From NCBI GenBank assembly GCA_040220235.1, contig JAVJTO010000082.1: DNA of 64,000 bases, one strand, 5' to 3'. The notes beneath the pieces are model-generated. The model was not told where the DNA came from and did not search any database. It saw only the letters and a program-made list of their open reading frames with translations. Position 1 is the stretch's first letter. Each line of letters opens with the position of its first letter. Position numbers and translations under genes: made by a program. This document shows, one piece after another, positions 49,316 through 57,884 of the stretch. Origin of the DNA: Coleofasciculus sp. B1-GNL1-01 (lineage in GTDB: Bacteria > Cyanobacteriota > Cyanobacteriia > Cyanobacteriales > Coleofasciculaceae).

Positions 49316-50407
49316 ATGAACCCCAATCAGTTACCACTGCTGGATATTTTTAACAGCCTGCGACAGCGCCATGGTTTGCCGTTGGGGGTGGATGAGTATT
49401 TAACAGTCTTGCGATCGCTTCAATCTGGCTTTGGTATAGGTACTCGTCAGGAAATCGAGCAGCTTTGCTGTCTGGTGTGGGCAAAATCTGAGGAAGAGAG
49501 TCGCCTAATTCGACGGCTATTTGAGCAAATGTGGCGGTATTCTCCAGATACTTCTGATCAACCTAAACCCTCATCTCCATCACCAGAGTCAGAAGAATCC
49601 TCGGCTGAAATACCCGAATCTGAACCCTTACCGGAATTGGAACCACAGCCCAATTTGACCCCAGAACCCGTGCAAGCTGTGCAAGCCGTGCGGAGTAGTC
49701 GGCGGGATAGGGAATTGAGACGCCCTCGCTATAGCCTACTAACTGAGTATTTCCCGGTGACTCGCCGACAGATGAAGCAAACCTGGCGTTATTTGCGTCG
49801 CCCAGTGCGGGAAGGAATCCCCACAGAATTAGATGTGGAAGCAACGGTGGCAAAAATGGGGCGTGAGGGTATTTTACTCGAACCCGTGCTGATACCTCCC
49901 CGTAAAAATCGGGCGGATTTGGTGTTAATGATTGACCAAGATGGCTCAATGGTACCCTTTCACCAGCTATCACGACAGTTAGTCGAAACAGCACAGCGCG
50001 GTGGACGGTTGAGACAGACCCGTGTATTTTATTTTCATGACTATCCTGATCAGTACCTGTATCGTCATCCCGCGATGTTGAATGCTCAATCGATGTCTGA
50101 GGTATTGGAAGAGATTGGAGAACGGGCGGTTGTACTAATTATCAGCGATGCAGGAGCCGCACGGGGAAATTTTGACCCAGAACGGATTGACAGCACTAAA
50201 GTATGGATTGAGCAGGTACAGCAGTCAGTACGGTATTGCGCTTGGCTCAACCCAATGCCGAATCAATGGTGGCAAAATACCACGGCTGGGGAAATTGCCC
50301 GTTTATTACCCATGTTTGAGATGAGTCGTCAGGGAATGAACGCGGCGATTGGTGTATTGCGAGGCAGATATATCGCTTGGGAGAGGATGTACTCATGGCT
50401 GCTGTAA
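49316..50407 (+). CDS. vWA domain protein (MoxR partner)
   Basis: ELDVEATV, MIDQDGSM MIDAS-like motif, IISDAGAARG, WLNPMP. Confidence 0.88.
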   Translation: MNPNQLPLLDIFNSLRQRHGLPLGVDEYLTVLRSLQSGFGIGTRQEIEQLCCLVWAKSEEESRLIRRLFEQMWRYSPDTSDQPKPSSPSPESEESSAEIPESEPLPELEPQPNLTPEPVQAVQAVRSSRRDRELRRPRYSLLTEYFPVTRRQMKQTWRYLRRPVREGIPTELDVEATVAKMGREGILLEPVLIPPRKNRADLVLMIDQDGSMVPFHQLSRQLVETAQRGGRLRQTRVFYFHDYPDQYLYRHPAMLNAQSMSEVLEEIGERAVVLIISDAGAARGNFDPERIDSTKVWIEQVQQSVRYCAWLNPMPNQWWQNTTAGEIARLLPMFEMSRQGMNAAIGVLRGRYIAWERMYSWLL

Positions 50408-52137
50408 CATCTAATCCTAACCAAGCCCGTGCTAGGCGAGTTGCAGTTAAACGGGTTGAAGGGTTTGCCAAGCAATTTGGCGAAGCCCATCGAAACTTGG
50501 CGCGTCACGCCGCATTTCCCCTCTCACTCACCCCTGATTTGCTCTACCAAATTTGGGCAAACTTTGTCCCGGAAGCGCCTTGGGAAGCTGTAGCTCATCT
50601 GCTGCTGTCGCGCCTGTGTCGGCAGGTGGGGTATGAGATGTATGAAATGGATATAAGCGATCGAAATCTGTTATTGAGGGAATTAAAAGAGCAGTTTGGG
50701 CAAGAAAGATTAGACGAATTGGCTGAGTTTTTACTGGATTATGTAGCACAGCGACTGACTGATGATGATCCGGATACTCAGAGTTTAGCTGAGGCTCAGG
50801 AATGGACAGCGTTGGCGTATACTAAGCCGAATGAACTAGCGCGTGAATTGGCAGAGGCTTTGAGCGCAAGGGTGAAACAAGAGGATATGACAGAGGTGTT
50901 TCGTCTTACTTCGTTGGTAGAAACTTTTGCAGAGCCGTTGCTACAGGCAGGATTTGAACCATTATTAATTTACTCTCGCCAGATGAGCACTTTTGTTCGC
51001 GGTAATCATAAAGATGTAGAGGTTCAACTTGCCTTGTTAAAGCGAAAACCACATTACGTGCAGATTGCTGGAGTAAAATTACCTACTTTACGTCTCAATA
51101 CTCAGGATATAGTCTCCGAGCAGAATAAAGATGAACAACTACGTCAACTTATTACAGAAGTGCTTAAATATCCGACACAAAGTCTGGTGCGACGACAAGC
51201 AATGAATCAACTGCTCCGAACAATTCAAAAACTACCAGGATTAATGAAATCTTCGCACTTAGAGTATGAGTCTGCTCTACAGCAAACGTGGTTGAGCTTC
51301 ATCCAAAATATTGATAAATTTAATCTAAATAAACCTTCGCTTCACAAGGAATTAATACTATGGATAAATAACAATATTCGTCATGAAATTCTAAAATATA
51401 ATTTAGATGAATACAGAAAAAAACGAATGTCTGTTGCTGTTGATAATGTTGATGTTGCTGATTTTTTAATTGATTTTAATGATGGTTTAGAAGAAGTTGA
51501 AAGAATAAACAAACAGGATATTTCGCAAAAATTAAACTTATTTATGTCACATAGTTTTAGAAATATGCCAGAGGGATTGCAAAAAATTTACCAACTTAGT
51601 AAAGTTATTCAAATATTGCAAATAAATGATATTGACACGCCAGCTATATTTAAATTATCACGTCGTGAATATTCTATTAAACTTAAAGAATGCAAACGAT
51701 TATTATTGTTTAATTTAAACAAATGGAGTAGGACTAATTTAAACATTAATCTAGATTACAAAGACACAAATCAAGTTAATACTTTGGTCAATTATATAGA
51801 TGATTGGGTGATATCATATTGCCAGTCTTGTTTATATCAAACTTTACAAGATTTTCTACTTCATAAGTTAAGTCATGAAGCCCAATTCTTGCTCTCATAC
51901 TACAATCATAATTGTGACACACAAATACTAGCTCAATCTCTAAATATGTCAGAATCAGTAGTAAATCAAAAAATCACAATAGTTAAGCAAAAATTAAAAG
52001 AAAGGTTACAGGAATGGGTACAAGAAAATTTTGATATTTCTCTAGATTTATCAATAACCGTAGAAGAAAATATAGTTACATTTGTTGAAACATGGTTACA
52101 AGATATCTCAAACTGGAATAAGGATATTTGGTGCTAG
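50395..52137 (+). CDS. vWA-MoxR-associated protein: conserved N-terminal domain + AT-rich sigma-70-like/helical C-terminal region
   Basis: LARHAAFPLSLTPDLLYQIW...LLLSRLCRQVGYEMYEM N-domain; DEQLRQL...RRQAMNQLL...ALQQTW...NIDKF resembles cyanobacterial sigma-like proteins. Confidence 0.65.
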   Translation: MAAVTSNPNQARARRVAVKRVEGFAKQFGEAHRNLARHAAFPLSLTPDLLYQIWANFVPEAPWEAVAHLLLSRLCRQVGYEMYEMDISDRNLLLRELKEQFGQERLDELAEFLLDYVAQRLTDDDPDTQSLAEAQEWTALAYTKPNELARELAEALSARVKQEDMTEVFRLTSLVETFAEPLLQAGFEPLLIYSRQMSTFVRGNHKDVEVQLALLKRKPHYVQIAGVKLPTLRLNTQDIVSEQNKDEQLRQLITEVLKYPTQSLVRRQAMNQLLRTIQKLPGLMKSSHLEYESALQQTWLSFIQNIDKFNLNKPSLHKELILWINNNIRHEILKYNLDEYRKKRMSVAVDNVDVADFLIDFNDGLEEVERINKQDISQKLNLFMSHSFRNMPEGLQKIYQLSKVIQILQINDIDTPAIFKLSRREYSIKLKECKRLLLFNLNKWSRTNLNINLDYKDTNQVNTLVNYIDDWVISYCQSCLYQTLQDFLLHKLSHEAQFLLSYYNHNCDTQILAQSLNMSESVVNQKITIVKQKLKERLQEWVQENFDISLDLSITVEENIVTFVETWLQDISNWNKDIWC

Positions 52138-52155
52138 TAAATAGGAGATTGCTTT

Positions 52156-52485
52156 ATGGCAAGATTAAATTATCCCGAACTGGTGAAAACAATCCTTAAG
52201 ACGCACTTTGCCCAACTTCAAGATGACGTAACTGAAGTACAGTTAATTCTTGATAGAGAACGTAATCACTACTTATTAATGCTCGTGGGGTGGCACAACC
52301 AACGACGAGAGTATGGTAGCCTAATTCACATTGATATCAAGGATAACAAAATTTGGATTCAGAGTGATGGAACAGAAGTGGGAGTTGCCAACGAATTGGT
52401 TGAGGCTGGAGTGCCACATAAGGATATCGTATTGGCGTTTAAATCTCCCTTCAAGCGACAATTTACCGACTATGCCGTTTGTTAA
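52156..52485 (+). CDS. xisI: XisI family protein
   Basis: D.ERNHYLL..VGW, IHIDIKDNKIWIQ.DGTE, LVEAGVP..DIVLAF. Confidence 0.9.
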   Translation: MARLNYPELVKTILKTHFAQLQDDVTEVQLILDRERNHYLLMLVGWHNQRREYGSLIHIDIKDNKIWIQSDGTEVGVANELVEAGVPHKDIVLAFKSPFKRQFTDYAVC

Positions 52486-52524
52486 CTGCAATGATATAAT
52501 TTAGACAAACTTCAGGAGAAACTA

Positions 52525-52779
52525 ATGAAAGCCATTGAACTAACAGGAACCCTGGATGAAACAGGTCAATTATCACTCGATCATCCCATTGAAAATGTTG
52601 CCCCTAGTCGCGTGCGAATTATTGTACTGTTTCCCGATGTTACCGAAGAAGTCGAAACCGATCCCGATGATACTCCCCTTGAAGAAGTGAAAGCAAGTCT
52701 CAGGAGAGCTTTACAGGAAGCAAAAGCAGGACAACGCATACCCCTTTCTGAGATGTGGGAAGGAATCGATGTCGAATGA
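52525..52779 (+). CDS. Putative type II antitoxin
   Basis: MKAIELTGTLDETGQL.LD, SLRRALQEAKAGQRIPLSEMW; overlaps the RelE-like gene. Confidence 0.7.
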   Translation: MKAIELTGTLDETGQLSLDHPIENVAPSRVRIIVLFPDVTEEVETDPDDTPLEEVKASLRRALQEAKAGQRIPLSEMWEGIDVE

Positions 52780-53132
52780 AACGCCTTTAGTCAAAATCGA
52801 TTTAACACCAGAGTACAAACGAAATCTGCGGAAATTGTCAAAAAAATATCGACAGATACGCTCGGATGTTCAGCCAATTATTGAACAACTCCAAGGGGGT
52901 AACTTTATTGGCGATCGCATCCCCGGAATGAGTGAAGAATATGTCATCTTAAAGTTAAGGATTAAAAATAGCAACATTCAAAAAGGAAAAAGCGCAGGTT
53001 ATAGACTGAATCTATCAAGTTGAGTCACCGACGAATGTACTTCTATTAACAATTTATTCTAAATCAGACCAAGAAGATATTAGTCCTAATGAAATTCGTA
53101 GTATCTTAGCTGAGTTCGATGGGGATGAATAA
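52769..53132 (+). pseudogene. RelE/HigB-like toxin with a +1 frameshift
   Basis: ...KGKSAGYRL then, after removing one A at 53009-53010, IYQVESPTNVLLLTIYSKSDQEDISPNEIRSILAEFDGDE*. Confidence 0.85.
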
Positions 53133-53252
53133 AAGAGCGATCGCTCAGAGTCTTCCGGACATGATTATGGAGATTATTTTGTGGTAATTTATCATAGCTA
53201 GTCTAGAATAGCCCAAGCTTTTTACGAGAATCAGAAATGACTGAGTTTCATT

Positions 53253-53347
53253 TACAGCAGTTTTCAAGTTAGTAGACTACAGACGATGATTGCGCTGAAA
53301 AGCAAGCCGATACAATTTTGTATTCCATAAACATGAAAAGCGCTGTA
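53253..53347. mobile_element. Short MITE-like element, same TACAGC/GCTGTA end family as 6464-6645
   Basis: TACAGCAGTTTTCA ... TGAAAAGCGCTGTA. Confidence 0.55.
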
Positions 53348-53439
53348 AGTCAACTGTAAATACGGCTCAAAGCATTGATGGCTAAGGGTTTCGGAGTTGT
53401 GCAGCAAGCTCTATTTCCGGAATGAGCAAGCGTGACATT

Positions 53440-55932
53440 CTATTTAAGATAAGCTACCGTTACCCCCGATCCACCTTCCGCTTGCTTTGCTAATTCAAAC
53501 CGATCAACCAGGGGATGGCGTTCTAAGAATTCATGTACCCCAGCCCTTAATTTTCCAGTTCCCTTACCATGAATAATCCACAATACCCCAGAGGCGATCG
53601 CTTGGGAAATGGCTTGTTCTAACTCGACTTCAGCATCAGCCACACGCGATCCGCGTAAATCAATTGTATTTTTCTCGGTGCGAATTGGGGGAGTTGGAGG
53701 GGATGAGACGGCGGGTGCAGGAGTAGATGCAGGTTTTGATTTGACAGGCATTTGCGCCTTTTCACCCTCTAGGGATTCGATATCTGCTAGGAATACCGTC
53801 ATTTTCATTAAGCCAAAGCGTACTCTGAGTTCCCCATCTTCATCCGCAGGCGTCAAGACTTCCGCCGTTTGATTTAGGCGAGGAATGCGGATGCGATCGC
53901 CTACTTTGGGTTGAAAGGCGGGTTTGGCTTTAGCAGGGGGTTTGGGGATGTGACGCTGCTCAATTTCCTTCAGCGCATTGGTGGCTTTTTGAGCATTTTG
54001 AGCGATTTGGGGTCCTTGCTGTAATTTGCGAATTACCTGGGCAATTTCTTCCCTGGCTTGGGCGATCGCATCTTGTACCGCCTGTTCTTGAGAGAGTTTC
54101 AATTCTCGTTCTCTCTCCTGCAAGAGTTTGGCTTTACTGGAGACTTCTTGATGCAAACGTTCGGTTTGTTGGAGGAGTTGATTCGCTTCTTGGGCTTTGG
54201 TTTCCTGATCCCGCCGTTGGGCTTCGAGTCCAGAAATCACCTGGTTTACCTCTTCGGAACTACTTCCGACTAAGGTTTGAGCAAGGGATACCACGTCTGA
54301 TTTTAATCCTAACCGTTGAGCAATAGTTAACGCATTAGATCGACCCGGTATTCCCCAGAGTAGGCGATAGGTGGGGGAAAGGGTGACATCATCAAACTCC
54401 ACCGAGGCGTTCTCAAATCGTTCATCTTGATATTTCAGCGCCTTGAGTTCGCCATAGTGCGTCGTGGCTACGGTAAGCTGGGCATGATCGGCAAGATATT
54501 TGAGGAGTGCGATCGCTAAAGCACTTCCTTCGGCTGGATCAGTTCCCGCACCAATTTCATCCAGTAAGACGAGGGCGGATGTAGGATGTGAAGTTTGAGA
54601 AATAAAGGATAAAGAATCTTGTTCTTTGTCCACTACATTATCTCCCTCATCTCCCTCATCTCCCTCATCTCCCTCATCTCCCTCATTCCCCGTTCCCAAT
54701 TCGTCTAAAATCCGACTAATCCGGCGAATATGACCGGAAAAGGTAGATAAACTCTGCTCTAAAGACTGTTCATCGCCAATATCTGCCAAAATTTGCTCAA
54801 ACCACGGCAGTTCTACGGGTTCCTTGGCGGGGACAAATAAACCCACTTTTGCCATGAGTGCGGCTAACCCCAATGTTTTTAAGGTAACGGTTTTACCCCC
54901 TGTATTCGGTCCCGTAATTGCCACGACTTTTATTTGGGGCTGAATCTGGATAGTAATCGGTACAACTGGCGCATCTTCTTCATGCTGATGTTGCCAGACT
55001 AACAGAGGATGTCGCAGTTGGCGTAGGGTAATCGATTCTCGTTGATTCGGATCAATGAAGCGCGGCGGATTTGCCTGTAACCAGAGGCTATATCGGGCTT
55101 TGGCTGTGGCTAAATCTAACCGAGTGGCGACGGCTAATACCTGTTCTAGATCCGGCTTAACGGCGGCGACTTGTTCGGTTAACACCCGGCGCACAGCTTC
55201 GGCTTCGGCTTGTTCTCGGCGTTTATAGGTTTTGAGTTGATTCCCTAATCCAACGATCGCATGGGGTTCGATGTACAGCGTAGCCCCTGTACTAGAAGCG
55301 TCATGAACGATACCCGAAACCGAGTCTTTTTGGGGGGCTTTCACCGGGAGAACAAAGCGATCGCCCCGTTGGGTGATTAAGGGTTGCTGGAGTGCGCCGC
55401 CTTGACGCTGTACAATGTTTTGGAGCGTTTGATAGATGCGATCGCGTAAGGATTTACTGTGCTGTCGAATTTCTGCTAGTTTCGGACTCGCGCGATCGGT
55501 GACATCGCCGCGTTCGTCGATACAACGGTGAATTTCTTGTTCTAATTCGGGATAGGTACGGATATCAGCCACGAGTTGGTTGAGAACCGGGATATCCTCT
55601 TGATCGTCGATGAGACGCCGTAAACGCCGGACACCTGCTAAAGTTGTTGCGATCGCCAGTAAGTCTTCCCCGGATAATATCCCTTGTCGTTCAGCGCGTT
55701 CTAGCGCATCACCAATATCCTGAATCCCCTCAAACGTCCAGCCATGGGTTAACTGACATTCCAGTTGATAGACTTCTTTTGTCTGCGCCAATAGATGCAG
55801 ACTTTCCGCCAAAGTAGCGGGAGGATGGAGATGGCGAGACGCGATCGCGCCTAGTTTGGTGGCGGCGAAGGTTGCCAGATGTTGACACAGGCGTTGCCAT
55901 TCGAGTAGTTCTAACGTTTCAGATTGAATCAA
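53440..55932 (-). CDS. mutS2: Endonuclease MutS2
   Basis: ITGPNTGGKT, DIGDEQSLEQSLSTFSGH, LLDEIGAGTDP, TTHY, C-terminal Smr (IDLRG, IIHGKGTG). Confidence 0.96.
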   Translation of the reverse strand: MIQSETLELLEWQRLCQHLATFAATKLGAIASRHLHPPATLAESLHLLAQTKEVYQLECQLTHGWTFEGIQDIGDALERAERQGILSGEDLLAIATTLAGVRRLRRLIDDQEDIPVLNQLVADIRTYPELEQEIHRCIDERGDVTDRASPKLAEIRQHSKSLRDRIYQTLQNIVQRQGGALQQPLITQRGDRFVLPVKAPQKDSVSGIVHDASSTGATLYIEPHAIVGLGNQLKTYKRREQAEAEAVRRVLTEQVAAVKPDLEQVLAVATRLDLATAKARYSLWLQANPPRFIDPNQRESITLRQLRHPLLVWQHQHEEDAPVVPITIQIQPQIKVVAITGPNTGGKTVTLKTLGLAALMAKVGLFVPAKEPVELPWFEQILADIGDEQSLEQSLSTFSGHIRRISRILDELGTGNEGDEGDEGDEGDEGDNVVDKEQDSLSFISQTSHPTSALVLLDEIGAGTDPAEGSALAIALLKYLADHAQLTVATTHYGELKALKYQDERFENASVEFDDVTLSPTYRLLWGIPGRSNALTIAQRLGLKSDVVSLAQTLVGSSSEEVNQVISGLEAQRRDQETKAQEANQLLQQTERLHQEVSSKAKLLQERERELKLSQEQAVQDAIAQAREEIAQVIRKLQQGPQIAQNAQKATNALKEIEQRHIPKPPAKAKPAFQPKVGDRIRIPRLNQTAEVLTPADEDGELRVRFGLMKMTVFLADIESLEGEKAQMPVKSKPASTPAPAVSSPPTPPIRTEKNTIDLRGSRVADAEVELEQAISQAIASGVLWIIHGKGTGKLRAGVHEFLERHPLVDRFELAKQAEGGSGVTVAYLK

Positions 55933-56110
55933 AGCCCAATATTAAAGGTTACCCTTATGTTTATTATTAGACAATTTTCCAGCAGAGGCGAGTGAGCCTA
56001 ACCGTACTCTATCGGAGAAATCCTGTGGAGTTGTTCTCTGGTGGAAGGAAATAGTCGATCAGTTCTACCAAAAGGAGAAGTAATTTATATACACCCAGTC
56101 TACCCGTTAA

Positions 56111-56329
56111 CTATGCCGTCGCTTTCCTGGGGATAGATAGGGAGCTATTAATCACCCAGCCTTGTTCTTCCCAGGGTTCAAGCGGAGTGATGGAATAGTA
56201 GGATGTCATTTGCTCAAGCTGACGCAAATCCTCAACCTGTACGCCCTGAAAGAGTTTGTCTAAGGCGTCGCGATCAACTGAGGTTAGCGGAACTCTGGGG
56301 TATATACGAGTTTGTGTCTGTTTTGCCAT
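56111..56329 (-). CDS. Small hypothetical protein, paralogue of 57448..57657
   Basis: PL...D..ALDK.F.G......Q.E...SYY...PL..WEE.GWV shared. Confidence 0.7.
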   Translation of the reverse strand: MAKQTQTRIYPRVPLTSVDRDALDKLFQGVQVEDLRQLEQMTSYYSITPLEPWEEQGWVINSSLSIPRKATA

Positions 56330-56523
56330 AGTTTAATCCTGAATCAATTTCTGCATGGGGATGCTTATTAACAAATATTACAGAAGCTTTACATAAATAC
56401 ATCCGCCATTTTACGGAGATTGTCTGCTCCGGGATTCTGACTAGAGAGGCATTCCATACGTTGTGTCTTTTGTCAATATTTTTATAAACTGTATAAAATT
56501 TAACTAAAAGGCTGTTTGAAGAT

Positions 56524-57314
56524 TTATTTTTCGGGTTTGTCACCTTGAATCAAAGCCTGAAACCGATTATCTCCTCGAAAATTATCAAAAGATGAATCAG
56601 TTTTTGCCATCTCTCGATACTCTTCAGGATTAAACTTAATGGCTTGTTTCAAGCTTTCAACGGCTAGGCAAATTCGATTGCTCGAACTAATCGTTCTTGT
56701 AGTGGCACATTTAACCGTTGGAATAGCTCATCAGCTTTTGGGGATTGCTCAATGCGCCCACCGTACATTTTGCTGTTTAAGTCGTCAATGAAAAACAGCA
56801 ATTTTTTATCCGTACCAATCTTATCCTCTGGAAATCTAGGGAGTGCATCCAGCCACTCACCACGCTTCAGGTGAAGAATTGTCCAGCCTTCAGTATTCAG
56901 TCTCTGTGCTAAATTTGCTGCTTCCCGCGTCTTACCGATTCCTGTCGGTGCGAGAATCAAAACCCAGCGCGATTCGTCCAGCTTTTGTTTCAATTCGTCG
57001 TGAATGCTACGCCCAGAAATTCGCTCCTGATATGGGATATTGTAATCAGCTAGCGGATCATTCGTATCACCACCAAGAATAGCTGGCAATACCTTACTTT
57101 GTGGTTTTATGACATCAAAAGGAAAAGTGTCAGGAAGAATTTGCCGCTGGCGACGTTGCTGGAGCATCCACCAGAATAAACGCACAGTTAGAGGTACAAT
57201 TCCAACGCCAAGGATGACGATGAAACTATCCTTGTTTTCACTGATTAATGTCAGACTGGTTTCCAGCAAGCCTTGCACCTGTTGTAGCCAAACGTAGAGA
57301 ACCTGGTTAATCAT
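56524..57314 (-). pseudogene. P-loop NTPase-TPR protein with a large internal deletion
   Basis: APTGIGKT Walker A and FFIDD Walker B, stop at 56664; an overlapping frame continues AVESLKQAIKFNPEEYREMAKTDSSFDNFRGDNRFQALI, a typical terminal TPR cap. Confidence 0.7.
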
Positions 57315-57447
57315 GGGAGGAGTCAAATAATTAAGAACCGCTCCTGAGCATCGCACTCTTTCCCACATTTTATCCGAGGAACTTTAAGTTGGCAGGCGTA
57401 CTGTTGCTGAGTTTAGCTCGATAAACTACACTCTACCTCAATGGTCT

Positions 57448-57657
57448 TTAAACGGTAGAGTTATTACAACCCGATAAGCAGCCACCGCGCACCCATCCTT
57501 TCTCTTCCCAACGATCTAAGGGTGCTACAGCATAGTAAGAACTAATCGTTTCTATTTGATTAACGAACTCACCATCTAATCCTGAAAATATTTTATCTAG
57601 CGCTGCTGTGTCTTTGTGATTCAATGGCATTTTTGAATTTCCCCGATCCCTTAGCAT
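57448..57657 (-). CDS. Small hypothetical protein, paralogue of 56111..56329 (start may be 57630)
   Basis: MPLNHKDTAALDKIFSG...SYYAVAPLDRWEEKGWV. Confidence 0.7.
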   Translation of the reverse strand: MLRDRGNSKMPLNHKDTAALDKIFSGLDGEFVNQIETISSYYAVAPLDRWEEKGWVRGGCLSGCNNSTV

Positions 57658-57884
57658 GTTGATTACCCTGTATTTTCAATCTATCTTTATAGTTTATTAA
57701 CAAAATGCAATAGTGTTCCGTTTTTTCTATAGATATCTCTTATAAGTCCTATTGCCATCTCTAGCTCTGATCGGCAAATGGCATCACCTTGCTCCCCCAG
57801 CTTCCAGACGTGCCATGGCACGTCTCTACATTGCTTCCCCAGCTTCCCCCGCTCCTCTTTACCACAACACTTATTCAGCAAGCC

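Noticed and set aside
52156..52485. fdxN excision element
   Set aside because: Only xisI is present, with no xisH or xisF; solo XisI genes are common in TA-rich regions
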